From the human T2T-CHM13v2.0 reference genome, Homo sapiens: a DNA stretch of 64,000 bases. Positions 41,063 to 54,841 of this stretch are shown here, piece by piece. Made by a program: the position numbers and the translations under genes. Under the pieces are notes generated by a model. The model was not told the DNA's origin. It saw only the letters and a program-made list of their open reading frames with translations, and searched no databases. Numbering within the stretch: position 1 is the stretch's first letter; every line of letters begins with the position of its first letter. The stretch lies in the NCBI RefSeq assembly GCF_009914755.1, contig NC_060938.1; one strand, 5' to 3'.

Positions 41063-42218
41063 CAGTCACATGTCACCTGACATTTCAGTCAACAACAGGA
41101 TGCATACACGACAGTGGTCCTGGAGCTGAAAATTCCCTATCACCTAGTAATGTCATAGCCATCGTAACATGGTAGTGCAATGCATTCCTCAGGTGTTTGT
41201 GGTGATCCCGGTGTAAATAAATATACTGCACTGCCAGTCATATAAAAGCATAGCACATACAATTATATAGTATACAGTAGTTGATAATAACAAAAGATTA
41301 TGTTACTGGTTTATGTATTTACTACACATTTTGTCATCATTTTAGATGGTACTCTTTCTACTTATGAAAAAAGTCAACTGTAAAACAGTGTCAGGCAGGT
41401 ACTTCAGGAGGTATTACAGCAGAAGGCATTGTTATCATAAAGGATGACAGCTCCATGATGTTAATGCCCCTGAAGACTTACCAGTGGGACAAGCTATAGA
41501 GATGGAAGTTTGTGATATTGATGGTCTTGACCCTGTGTAAGCCTGGGTTAATGAGAGTCAATGTGCTAACAAAAATGTTTGAAAAGAACAAAATCAATTA
41601 AAACAGAAAACAGCTTATAGATAAGAATATAAATAAGGAAGATATTTTTGTACAGCTAAACAATGTGTTCATGTTTTAACCTAAGTGTTATTACAAAAGA
41701 GCCATATTAAAAAAATTAAAAGTTAATATTAAGTAAAAAAGTTACTATAAGCTTAGCTTAGTATATTATTGAAGAAAGAAAATATTATTAACAAATTTAG
41801 TGAAGCCTAGGTGTAAGTTGTTATAAAGTCTACAGTAGAGTACACTAATGTTGCAGACCTTCATATTCACTCATCACTTGCTCATTGTCTCACCTAGAGG
41901 TACTTTCAGTCCTGCAAATTTCATTTATGGTAAGTGCACTATGCAGGTGTACACTTCTTTAAAATCTTTTTTTTTTTACCATATTTTTGCTGTACCTTTT
42001 CTCTTCAGGTATATGAATACTTACCATTGTGTTACATTTGCCTACAGTACCCAGTACAATAACATGTTGTAGAGATTTGTAGCTTAGGAGCAACAGGTTT
42101 ATAGTATAACTGTATAGTAGACTATGCTATCTAGGATTGTGTCAATACACTCATGTTTGCATGTTGCCTAAGGATGCATTTCTCAGAATGTATTCCTGTT
42201 GTAAGTGATGCATAACTG
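41063..42218 (+). mobile_element. Tigger3b (MER7-type) non-autonomous DNA transposon, near full length
   Basis: TIRs CAGTCACATGTCAC / GTGATGCATAACTG followed by TA; typical internal motifs; about 1.15 kb. Confidence 0.85.
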
Positions 42219-45200
42219 TATTCTCTCCCTTTCAATAATTTTAGATGTGTATAGTCACAAATTATACAGTGTTTAAGTTCATTAAATTTATCTACCTTTC
42301 TGAATTGACTGGGTCTCCTTTGCTTAATACATTAGAAGAGAATGAAATACGGTTTTCTATTTACACTTATTTATGCCCCACAGAAACATTGGAAGTATTT
42401 AAAGGAGAACATGAACAAAAAGAGCATAAAAATTAGTAACTTATAAAAAATAAAATATTTACATCTAAAGGTCTTATATGCCTTTGAACAATTTTATTTG
42501 CTCAATTTCAATTCAACCTTTTTGATTCATGTGGTTACATGTTTTTTATTTGATAGAGGTCAAGTTGGAGCTCATTATTATAATTGTTTAGCCTGTATCT
42601 TCATGCATTTTTAGCCTTTGAAACTTTTATTTCACAGTAACTGCTAAGACTACTGAAAATACAACTAAAACAGCCAAAGACAATTTATCCTTTCATAAAT
42701 AAAAATATAAATATGTAGTCTTCTCATTAAAGAAGCAGCATAACACTCTCCTGTGGCAGTAACATCAATAGCTTGTTGGGAAGTCAAGATGACTTCTGCA
42801 GTAAGCCTTTAAATGCAAGTTCTCATTTAAGCTTATTTAATTCCACTGCCTCTGCCCTAATGTAAGCCTCTATCACCTCTTATCACAACTAAATTCTTAA
42901 TCTGTAAATCTGCACATCTTTTAGTGCTTTAATTTTTTCATCATATTTTTGGTAAAAAATATTTTAAATAAAATGTATTTAATCATAACAGGATAATTAT
43001 GTAAGTCCCAGTCCAAACCCTTTTATGTGGCATGCCAATCTGTTCATTCTCTTTTCCTAATCTAGTTTATTCTCTGATTCTCTCTCTATCTCTTATCCCA
43101 TCTTCTGGAACTTTACAAGCACTGGAGTCCTCTCTTTACTATTTAAACAAGCTTTAAGTTTTCCTCTCAGACCACAACCTCTGCTCATGTTGTTTCTCAG
43201 TAAACATCTTCTTTCCTTTTTTGTACATTTCTTTAAGCCCTCTTAATTCAATTAAAATATGCAAAACAGAATAAAAAATCAGCAAAAGGAGCCATGTTAA
43301 ACTGTCATTCAAAATGTTAAAATGGAGGAGTATGTCATCTTGACGACCATTGAGCCATTAAGTCCAGGAAAAATCTGCCTCTCAGTGTTGTTTTTTTATG
43401 AGTATGAAATATATTTCAAGATTACCTTTTGTTTTGTTTTGATATATGCAGTAAAAACTAATTTTAATGGATACAGATGTACTCAGAAGGGAGTAATAGG
43501 TAGGCTAAAGGTTTTATTGGATTGGGTAAGATTTTGAAAGAGATGATGTTTTAATTTACTCGAAGAACAAAGAAGATTTTTTAAACAAAGAAACAAGAAA
43601 AAAAAGCAGGCAGATAAGGGTCACAGTTTCTGATTGTTATTAAAAACATGCACTGAATGAAAAGTTTGAGAGATGTCTAAGGCCCTCTGGAGATTAAAAA
43701 GAATTATAATAAAAGAAAACACAAACGTAAGTGACTTTTGCCCTACCACATAAAATAAAATACACTACATAGCAACAAAACAGGAGGAAAATAACCGCTT
43801 CCCTGGATATTTCTTTTCTCAAGGTTGCCTAAGATCTTTGGTAGGTTGTTGAAGAAATAATGAACTTATAAAAAATACAGTTGACTTCAATTTTAAATAT
43901 TTCAAGGATTTTATTTGGCATTTTTTTGAATAATTTTTAACGGAATTTTTTTGCATTCCAATCAGATTTTGAATACATTTTTTGAGTTTGAACATCTTAT
44001 GGTTTTTGAGTCTGAACTTCTGGCATAAATAAGAGAGATGAAGAAAGCTTATGACTTTATTTCTAAGGAATCAGAACAAGATCATGTGTGTGGAAAAGGA
44101 AGCCAAATACATAACAATAAATACAAGTTTAGAGTAACAGTTGAGGAGTAGCATTGAAGCATTCAACTATTTTTCCTTGGACTGTTTCTTTTTTGGGGGG
44201 AAATATGAGCAAGGTAGATGATAGATGTAGTGTCTCAAAGGCATTTCAAAATGATTGTTTAAAATACAGCAAAATTCTGGCATGTTAACATGCATAGTTT
44301 GGGAAAGAGGAAGATGCTGGGTAGCTAGAATTTCAGTGGGAATAAATAAACTAAAATATATATGGGTACCAGATTGTAGAAGAGCTTGGAATGCCTTTCT
44401 AAGATGTTTATACAGAGGTTAGCAAGTCTTCAGCAAATATAAGAAGAGCATTGGGCAGAAGCATACTGACTCTAGGTTTTAGAAAGGTAATTCTAATAAG
44501 TGAAATTTAAACAAAAATGCAAGCCCTAATTATTTTGTTAAATAATAACTCTAGCAGAGTCATAAGCTTTTATTTTTCTACCATGAGCATAGATAACAGG
44601 GAAATGCCATCGTCTCATGCATTAATAGATGATTTTACAAGTATTTCCACAAATTAGGGATACAGAAATATCAACTACAATATTATTACTACAATAATGT
44701 GTTATCAGGTTAGGCACAACTGAGTATTACAGGTTTACTTAATACATTTTTTGATCAAGATAATAAAAGAATTTCAAAATCTTAGTAGTCTCATGAAACC
44801 TCCTTGTTTCAATTATGCTTTCAAAGACTTTTATATTAATATGAAACAGAAATATTCAATTTCCCCTTATTGCAACAAAAAATTGATATTCTTATGAAAG
44901 TTCTCAATTTCACACTTTATCAAATCAGATTACCTGACTTAGTTAATAATACACTGGGATACTGCTCTCTCCCTCTCTCTATCTCTCTCTCTTTCTATAT
45001 ATATATATATATTCAAATAAGAGGGAATATTGAGCTCATCTAGCTCCTTTTACACCCTATTGGCAATTATAAAAAGCTACAGATTTAAGGTCTTTGCTAG
45101 ACTTTTAGTAGTTAACTTTTAGAAACAAAATTCAGGTCTGTAGAATTCAACTTTGTTAGCAGATATGGAAAAAGAGATGCACAGGATTTAACCAAATAAC

Positions 45201-47452
45201 AGAGAAGTAAGAAGTATATATAATTCATTTTTTTCCATGTAGTAAAATAAGGAGTAGCTTTAGAAGAGACTACCACATTCAAGTTTTCCATTGAATAATT
45301 AAGTTGTATGATAATTTTAAATTATTTTTCTATTTAATTCTCACAACAATTTTTTACCATTTATCTAGAAAGAAGTAAGGTTTTTTGAATAAATAGCTAA
45401 TCCCATCTGGAATAGAAAATGTGCAAGATAATCCTGGGGAGTCTTGTGTGCCAAAAACGAAGAGTTCATAGGTTAAAGAGAGCATGTAAAAAATATGTAG
45501 CAGCAAGGTGGAGCAAGATGGCTGAATAGAAGGCTCCACTGAACGTCCCCCCAGAGGAACATCAAATTTAACAACTACCTACACAAAAAAAATCACCATT
45601 ATGAGAACCAAAAATCAAGTGAGTACTCATAGTACCTGCTTTTAACTTTATATCACTGAAAGAACCGAAGAGGGTAGAAAAGACAGTCTTGAATTACTGA
45701 TGCCACCCCTACCCCTTTCCCTAGCAGCAGCTGCATGGCATAAAGAGAGAATCTGTGTACTTGAAAGGGGAAGAGTGGAATGATTGTGAGACTGCACTGA
45801 ACTCAGTGCTGCCCTGTCACAGCAGAAAGCAAAACCAAACTAAACTCAATTGATAACTTCACACAGAGGGACAATTTAGACAACCCCTAGTCAGAAGGGT
45901 ATTGCCCATCGCAGTGGTCAGAATTTGAGTTCTACCAAGCCTTTCCACAGAAGGATAAAGTGCTCTGGGACTCTAAATAAACTTGAAAGGCAGCCTAGGC
46001 CACAAAGACTGCAACTCCTAGGTGAGTACTAGTGTTGTGCTTGGCTAAGAGCCAGTGGATTGGGGGAGCACATAAAATACCAGCTGGGGCAGCTAAAGGA
46101 ATGCTTATGCCACTATCCTCTAAAACCAGGCAGTATAGCTCATGGCTCCAAGAGAGGCCCCTTTCTTCTGCTTGAGGAGAGAAAGGGGAAGAGCAAAGAG
46201 TAAAAAGAGGATACCAGCTCAGCCACAGTAGGGTAGGGAACCACTCAGAGTCTTAAGGCCCCCTTTCCTTGCTCTAGCTCCCAGATGACATTTCTAGACA
46301 CACCCTGGGCCAGATTTAAACATGCTGCCTTAAAGGAAAAAAAAAAAAAAAAAAGAGACATGGGAAGACCCATCGTGCTGACTAAAGAGCCCTTGGGCCT
46401 TGAATAAGCAGCAGCAATACCCAGGTAGTATGCTGTGGGCCTTGAGTGAGACTCTGAGACATGGTGGCTTCAGGTGACACCCAGCACATTCTTAGCTGTG
46501 GTGGTTAAAATGAGATACTCCTTCTTCTTGAAAAATGCAGAGGGAAAAGTAAAGGAGACTTTGTATGCACTTTAGGTAATAGCTCATTTACTGCAGGGTA
46601 GATCACCAAGTGGCTCTTGGGGTCCCCAGTTCCAGGCCTTGGCTCTTGAACAGCTATTATAGAGCTGCCCTGGGCCAGAGGATGAAGTCATAGGCCTGGC
46701 AGCATTCACCACAAACTGATGAAGAGCCCCTGGACCTTAACAGAACATCAGAGATAGTCTATCAGTACTCCCCATGGGCCTGTTGTGGTGGTAGCCACAG
46801 AGCGAGGCTCCTCTGACTGCGTAAAGGGGAGAAAAGAGTGGTTTGAATTTCAGATCAGCTGATATACAATAGAACACCAGGTAGATTTCTAATGTTTTGG
46901 GGTCCCTGGTTCCTCAATGACATCTCTGGACCAACCTGGCACTTAGGGAATTTGCCAGCCTGAAGGGAAGGACGTAAGTCTGTCTGGCTTTAACATCTGC
47001 CGGTTGTAGAGCCCTTGGGCCTTGAGCAAACATAGGCAGTAGTCAGGTAATGGTTACAATGGGCCTTGGGTGAGACCCTGTGCTGTGCTGGCTTTAGGTC
47101 TGACCCCAGTGTAGTTCCAGTGATCTAAGCTACAAGTATATCTGTGTCACCGTACCCCCAGCTCCAGGCTGCTCAGCACAGAAAATGAGACTACATTTGT
47201 TTGGGAGAAAGTTAGGGAAGAGAACAAGAGTCTCTGTTTCATAATACAGGTAATTCTTCCAGATCTTATTCAAGATCACCAAATGGGCACTTCTATGAGT
47301 CTGCAAGAACCACAGAATTACTAGGCATGGGGTGGCCTCTAATGCAGATTTGGCTTAGATCATTACACCCAAGTTGTTTTAAATACCTGGAAAGCCTTCC
47401 AAAGAAGGATGAGTACAAACAAGCCCATACCACAAACACTACAATAAATACC

Positions 47453-47590
47453 TGTATTTGTCCATTTTCACATTGCTATGAAGAAATACCTGAGACTGAG
47501 TAATTTATAAGGAAAAGATGTGTAATTGACTCACAGTTCTGCATGGCTGGGGAGGGTTTAGGATATTTATAACCATGGTGAAAGGCACTT
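47453..47590 (-). mobile_element. THE1D-type LTR fragment at the L1 deletion junction
   Basis: TGTATTTGTCCATTTTCACATTGCTATGAAGAAATACCTGAGACTG...TTGACTCACAGTTCTGCATGGCTGGGGAGG. Confidence 0.8.
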
Positions 47591-47609
47591 ATTGATATGT
47601 ACATATATA

Positions 47610-50600
47610 TATCAGACAAAATAAATTTCCAGGCAAAAACTATAAGAAGAAACAAAGTAGGTCATTATATAATGAGAGATTCACCAATTTAGCAAAAGGA
47701 TATAACAATTTTAAATACATATGCATCCAACATGTGAGCACCCAGATATATAAGTCAAATATGTCTAGAGTTAAAGAAAGATAGGCCTCAATAAAATAAT
47801 AGCTGGAAAATTTAACACCTCAGTTTCCTCATTGGATAGGTCATCCCAACAGAAAATCAACAAAAAACGTTGGGCTAAATCTACACTATAAAACAAATAG
47901 ACCTATTAGATATTTACAGAACTTGTCATCCAATGGCTGTGGAATACACATTCTTCTTCTCAGCACATGGATCATTCTCAATGATAGACCATATGTTAGG
48001 CCACAAAACAAGTCTAAAAATATTCAGTACAATTAAATTAATATCAAGCATCTTCTCTGTTCACAATGGAATGAAACTAGAAGTCAGTAACAGGAGTAAT
48101 TTTGGAAAATATATAAATACATGGAAATTAAATAACATGCTCCTGAATAAACAGTGGGCCAATAAAGAAATTAAGAAGAAAATTTTAAAAATTTATAAAG
48201 GAAATGATAATGAAAACACAACATACTATATCTATGGGATACAGCAAAAGAACTAAAATAATATTTTATAGATATAAGTGCCTATATGATTAAAAAAACT
48301 GTAAATGAACGACCTAATGATGCATCTTAAAGAACAACAACAACAACAACAACAACAAAGCAAGAGCAAAGCAAACCCAAAATTAGTAGAAAAAAAGAAA
48401 CAATGAAGATCAGAGGTAAAGTAAATGAAATTGAAATGAAAAAAATATATACAAAAGATCAACAATATAAATGCTGATTTTGAAAAGACAGAGAAAATTG
48501 ACAAAATATTAGCCAGGACTAAGAAGAAAAGACAGAAGACCCAGAAAAATAAAATCTGAGATGAATAAGGAGACATTACAACTGATAACAGAGATTCAAA
48601 GAATCATTAGTGGCTACTATGATAAACTATGCCAATAAATTAGAAAATCTAGACAAAATGAATACGTTTCTAGACACATACAACCTACCAAGACTGAACT
48701 ATAAAGAAATTCAGAATGCGAACAGACCAATAAGAAGCAATGAGATAAAAGTTGTAATAAAGTTTCCCAGCATAGAAAAGCCCAGGACTTGGTGGCTTTA
48801 CTAATGAATTCTACCAAACATTTAAAAAGACTAGTGCCAATCCTACTCAAACTATTTCAAAAAACAGGGGAGGAGGGAATATTTCTAAACTCATTCTAGA
48901 GGTTAGGATTACCCTGATACCAAAACCAAAAAAATACACATCAAGAAGGAAAACTGCATGCCAATATTACTGATAAATATTTATGCAAAAATCCTCAACA
49001 AAATACTAGCAAACTGAATTCAACAACATGTTAAAAAGTTCATTCATCATGACCAACTAGAATGTATCACAGGGAAGAAAAATGGTTCAAAATTTGCAAA
49101 TCAATCAATGTGATATATCAACAGAATGAAGGACAAAAAACTTTTTGATAATTTCAATTGATGCTGAAAAAGCATTTGATGAAATTCAACATCCTTTCAT
49201 GATTAAAACCCTCAAAAAATGGATATAGAAGAAACATACCTAAATGTAATAAAAGCCATATATGACTTTATTTATAGACCCACAGCTAATATCATACTGA
49301 ATGGGGAAAAATTAAAAGCCTTTTCTCTAAGATCAGGGACATGAAAAATATGCTCATTGTTACCGCTGTTATTCAACAGAGTACTGCAAGTCTTAGCTAG
49401 AGCAATCGAATGAGAAAGAAATAAGAACAACTAGAACAACTACATTTGAAATAAAGAAGTCATATTATCCTTTTTGTAGATGATACGATCTTATATCTGG
49501 AAAAAAACTATTAGAACTGATAAACAAATTCAAAAAGTTGCAGGCCACAATATCAACACACAAAAATCAGTAGCTTTTTATATGCCAACAGCAAACAATC
49601 TGAAAAAGAAATCAAGAACTAATCCCACTTATGATAGCTACAAATAACATTAAATATTCAGGACTTAAAGAAGTGAAAGATCTCTACAGTGAAAATTATA
49701 AAATATTTTTGCATAAAATTGAAGAGTACACACAAAAAATGCAAAGGTATTTTATGTTCATGGATTGGAAATTCAATATTGTTATAATGTCCATATTATC
49801 CAAAGTAATGTACAGATTTACTGCAATCTCTATCAAAATATCCTGATTCTTCACAAAAAATAGAAGAAACAATTCTAAAATTTATATAGAGTTACAACAT
49901 ACTCAGAATAGCCAAAGCTATCTGATATGAGTTATGGGTGAAATAATATGGTTTGATCGTGTCCCCACCCAAATCTCATCTTGAATCGTAGCTCCTATAA
50001 TTCCCACATTTCATGGGAGGGACCCAATGGGAGGTAATTGAATCATGAAGGCAGGCTTTTCCCATGCTTTCTCATGATAGTGAATAAGTCTCATAAGATC
50101 TGACAGTTTCATAAAAGGGAGTTTCCCTGCACACGCCCTCTTGCCTGCCAACCTGTAAGAAGTCCCTTTGCTCTTTCTTCATCTTCTGCCACGATTTTGA
50201 GGCCTCTTCAGCCATGTGGAACTGTGGGGCCTTTAAACATCTTTTCCTCATAAATTACTCAGTCTCAGGTATGTCTTTATTAGCAGTGTGAGAACAGACT
50301 AAACACTATCCTAAGCAAAAAGAGAAATTACTTGGAGGAATCACATTACCTGACTTCAAATAATACTACAGAGATATAGTAACCAAAACAACCTGGTACT
50401 GGCATAAAAAAAGACAAATTGATCAGTGGAATAAAATAGAGAATCCAGAAATCAATTAATATATTCATAGTGAACTCATTTTTGACAATGGTGCCAAGAA
50501 GATACATTGGGGAAGGGAGAGTCTCTTCAATAAATAGTACTGGGAAACCTTGATATTCAAATGCAGAAACAAAAAACTAGATCCCTATGTCTCACCGCAT

Positions 50601-51095
50601 ATCAAAATCAAATCAAAATATATTAAAGACTTAAATCTAGAACCTCAAACTATGAAATGACTAGAAGAAAACATTGGGGAAATTCTCCAGGACACTGGAC
50701 TAGGAAAAGATTTCTTGAGTATACCCCACAAGAACAAGCAACCCAAGCAAAAAGACAAATAAAATCACACCAAGTTAAATAGCTTCTGCACAGCAAAGGT
50801 AACAAACAACAATGTGAAGAGAAAATCCACAGAATGGGAGAAAGTATTTGCAAACTACCTATTTGACAGGGGATTAGTAACCAGAATATGTAAGGAGCTC
50901 AAACTTATTTTTTCTATAGAAAAAATTCAATAATCCAGTTTTAGAAATGCGCTAAAGATCTGAATAGATATTTCTCAAAAGAAGACATACAAATGGCAAA
51001 CAGACATATAAATAGATGTTCAACAACACTAATCTCCAGAGAAGTGTAAATCAAAACTACAATGAGACATTTTTCTACCCCAGTTAAAATGGCTT
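47610..51095 (+). pseudogene. L1 ORF2 (endonuclease/RT) remnant with many stops and frameshifts
   Basis: EYTFFFSAHGSFSMIDHMLGHKTSL (EN), YANKLENLDKM...LDTYNLPRLN, DAEKAFD, and FVDD at the FADD motif near 49475. Confidence 0.9.
49923..50305 (+). mobile_element. THE1 LTR inserted in L1 ORF2
   Basis: ATATGGTTTG...CCCACCCAAATCTCATCTTGAA...CTTTATTAGCAGTGTGAGAACAGACTAAACA; exact 5-bp TSD CTATC (49918-49922, 50306-50310). Confidence 0.92.
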
Positions 51096-52054
51096 TTAAA
51101 ATGATAATTTAAAATGTACAATTTAAAATAAGGATATAATTGGATTGGTTGTAACACAAAGGATAAAGGCATGAGGTGATGGACACCCCATTTACCCTGA
51201 TGTGATGACTCAATGAATGCTTGAATCAAAATATTTCATGTAACCCATAAATATATATACCTATTAAGTACCCATAAAAATTAAAAATTAATTTTTTAAA
51301 TGTAGCAAACTAAAAGTATGTATACATTGCCAAAATTTATTTCATCAGCAAAAGAATAATTGTTGTTGATAAAAGCACATTGAAAAAACAGGAATTCATG
51401 ATGATTCATTAAAGAGAAAAATACAAAGAATATTCTATTTGAAAATGGAATAGAATTTATGACTTTTTAAATCTTGTTATTCCTGCCCATACTTGATTGA
51501 GTGTAGAATGCCAAAATTAACTTAATGTTAAATTAGAAGGTAAAGATACATTTTTCACCTAAGTGTAAATGCTAGTTTAATGACCCATGTGTTGTGACTT
51601 GAAGTAAGAAAATCACAACTCAAGTCTCACATGGGTACAATTTCAAATATCTGTTAGAGTTGGATAACCATAGTATCTAAGAAAATTCAAGATTCCATCA
51701 AGTTTAAGGTTCACATAAAAAAGGTAAAGTTACATTTAAGATTCCATCATTCAGTTTATTTTACTAGAAGAAAAAATATATTTTAATATTTAAGTACAAA
51801 ACTCAACAAAATTATCAATTTTCATTTAGCATAAATGTGATTTGAAGATAAACAAATAGTGGCTGATAAAATTTAAATCCAGAGATGTGTTCTGCATGAA
51901 ACACATCATATATATATTTTTTGCCAAAAGACTACATTTTTTGATATTTTGTATACATAGATAAATTTGACTAGGTGATTTACAATCTTCTAACTCCAAC
52001 TTGATTTTTAATTAAATAATTTATATTGTTTTAAATTAAAATCTACTAAGCTAT

Positions 52055-52606
52055 TGTGATGGTTAATATTAGTGTCAACTTGATTGGATTAAAGGATGCA
52101 AAATATTGTTCCTGGGTGTGTCTGTGAGGGTGGTGCCAAAGGAGATTAACATTTGAATCAGTGGACTGGGAGAGGCAGACCCACCCTCCACATGGGTGGT
52201 CACCACCTAATCAACTGCCTGTATGGTTAGAATAAGCTGACTTGCTGAGTCTTCCAGCCTTCATCTTTTTCCTGTGCTGGATGTTTCCTGCCCTCAAACA
52301 TTATACTCCAAGTTCTTCAGCTTTTGGATTCTTGAGTGGTTTGCGAGGGTCTCACCAACCTTTGACCACAGATGGAAGGCTGCACTGTTGGCTTTCCTAC
52401 TTTTGAAGTGTTGGGATTTGAACTAATTTACCACTTGCTTCCTTGCTCCTCAACTTGCAGATGGCCTATCGTGGGACTTTACATTGTGACCCTGTAAGTC
52501 AGTTATCCTTAATAAACTCCCTTTTATATATACATATATGCTATTAATTCTGTTTCTCTAGAGACTAATAGCTGTATACATACTAATACAGTCCTTGACT
52601 AATACA
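52055..52606 (+). mobile_element. MLT2A (HERV-L) solo LTR
   Basis: TGTGATGGTTAATATT...TCAACTTGATTGGATT...GGAGATTAACATTTGAATCAGTGGACTGGGAGAGGCAGACCCACCC; AATAAA; TSD GCTAT / GATAT. Confidence 0.9.
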
Positions 52607-53337
52607 GATATTAAAATAACTTTGCATCATTGTATTTATTAATTTTTTAGATTTATCATAGTATTCAGTCTTCTGGATAGTGTTATTTTTTAAGCAAGAA
52701 ATTCAAATCCATGAAAGTGATATTTAGAAAAGGAGTTTAAAATGCTTTAAGATGTGTAATTTTATAAATTAAACATTTTCACAGAATTTTTTAAATAATT
52801 GTTAAAATGTGTTATAATTATTAAAAGAAATTAGTATTTACAGGATAAACTTCAAATCAAGGAAGAAATCCTTAGGTGTCAACAGTACTGTAGAAGTTCC
52901 AATCTAGACTGAAAATGAGTACTCTGTGATAGCTGCAACAGATAGATCGAATAGCAACTTTTTCTAAAGTCATAAAATCCTTGGAGATATTGTGCAACTG
53001 TGGTTATGGCCTTTAAAAACTTCTGAACGCATACTTTTCAGAAGGATTCCTATTTAATTTGCTATTCTTAATACTTGTTTTTGGTATAAAGACATGCATT
53101 CTCCACCAATCCACCTTCTTCCTGCCAATAACCCCTCTCTCACTGTGGTAATGGGTAGTAATTATCCTCTGCTTCTCAGAGCCAATCTTCATCTATCATT
53201 CTAGCATGTGTTCTTACAACTTTTAAAAGATGACTAGCTACACTGATAATAGAATACAATTTATTATCACTCATAGTAAACGTTTAACTCTAAAAGGAGG
53301 ATTGATATTTACCTTACTCAGCCTTACTGGTTCAGAA

Positions 53338-53382
53338 GCATGAACAGATCCTGCATGAACAGATCCTGCATCAACAGCTCCT
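53338..53382. repeat. 15-bp tandem repeat GCATGAACAGATCCT x3
   Basis: Two exact copies plus one with 2 mismatches. Confidence 0.9.
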
Positions 53383-54263
53383 TGTGTTACAACATGTTTC
53401 TTTCTATGGTTCTCTTTGTCAAGAGAGACACTTGAACAGAGATATGACATTAGTTGTTCAGAGAAACCCTTGGCTTATTCAAGTTGGAAGGTTAATTCCC
53501 TTTTAAATCCCACATAAAAGAACGTTTCTAACATTCAGGTCCTAAGAAGATTGGGAGTTGGGTCACTGCTCTATGTGTCTTTCCATCCACATTTTTATTC
53601 CTTTTTGAATGTGAAATAATAGTAAATGATATAATCCTAATTTGACTCTATCATCTTTATTTACGTACCATTGAGCATGGGCAACAGGACAAATGAGTCA
53701 GACACAATTCAGAATTTTCTGCTTTGAGTACTTGGATGATGGATGTTGCTATTAACTGGACATCTTTTTTTTTTTCAACTTGTAAAATACTCTTAATTTG
53801 GTGTGATTTGAGGTGGATTTTACAATCAATTACATTGAGTGAGACACTTACTAAGCACAATGTGGGCCCAAGCTACACATAGACTTTATTACTTGGTTGG
53901 TTAAACCTAAACAAATAGATTTATAATGGTTTGTGGACAATTCCCATGCAATAGCTATATTATTAAATCCAAAGCATTATTAAAAGTTAATTATATTTAA
54001 AATTATTGAGATTTAACAATGATGTAATCTATGGAGAAGATATTTATCTTCTCCTGTTTGTACTATAATTACCAAACCTAACTGGACATCTTTAGAAGTT
54101 GAATTAAAGAAATTAGTTTAAAATATACTGGGTTGAATAGTCAATGCCTTTATCAATATGAACATAGATAATAAAACTAAACTCACTAAATTGTGAATAC
54201 TAAATTGATAAATTTGTGAATGGATGTCAAAGTATTTGTATTCAATAAATGCATGTTTTCTTT

Positions 54264-54646
54264 TGTATTAGTCTGTTCTTATATTTCTATGGAGAACTAC
54301 CTGAGACTGGGTAATTTATAAAGAAAAAAGATTTAACTGACTTAGTTCTGCAGGTTGTACAGGAAGCATGGCTGGGGAAGACTCAGGAAACTTACCATCA
54401 TGGCAGAAGGCAAAGGGGAAGAAGGCACATCTACATGGCAGGAGCAGGAGGAAGAGAGAGCAAGGGGGAAGGTGCCACACATTTCTAAACAACCAGGTTT
54501 AGTGAGAACTCACTCACCATCCAGAGAACAGCAAGGGAGAAATCCACCCCTATGATCCAATCACCTCCCAACAGGCTCCTCCTCCAATGCTGGGGATTAC
54601 AATACAACATGACATTTTGGCAGGAACACAGACCCAAACCATATCA
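54264..54646 (-). mobile_element. MSTA MaLR solo LTR
   Basis: TGTATTAGTC...CTGAGACTGGGTAATTTATAAAG...TGTACAGGAAGCATGGCTGGGG...CCAAACCATATCA. Confidence 0.9.
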
Positions 54647-54806
54647 TCCCATTTATTCTTCTTTCTCTACATCACTCTTCTCTTTGTTTTTCCATGTTTT
54701 TCCTTCTCATTCTACTTGTCCATTCCCAATGTATCCCATCTCTTTCCTCTCCTTTTGCTTCAATCTTTTCAACTTCCTCACTTTCTTCTAACAAAAAAAT
54801 AATTGT

Positions 54807-54841
54807 ATCGCTTCTCGGCCTTTTGGATAAGATCAAGTGTA
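54807..54841 (+). pseudogene. 3'-truncated (tailless) U2 snRNA retropseudogene, U2 nt 1-35
   Basis: ATCGCTTCTCGGCCTTTTGGaTAAGATCAAGTGTA is a 34/35 match to the U2 5' end; TSD AAAAATAATTGT at 54795-54806 and 54841-54852. Confidence 0.95.

Larger units (their letters stand above)
45501..51297 (+). mobile_element. Formerly full-length L1MA-type LINE with 5' UTR, ORF1 deleted, decayed ORF2 and shortened 3' end
   Basis: 5' end GGAGCAAGATGGCTGAATAGAAGGCTCCAC; about 1.9 kb GC-richer UTR; L1MA-type 3' end (GGATAAAGGCATGAGGTGATGGACACCCCATTTACCCTGATGTG); flanking ATGTAGCA repeat at about 45495 and 51300. Confidence 0.85.
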
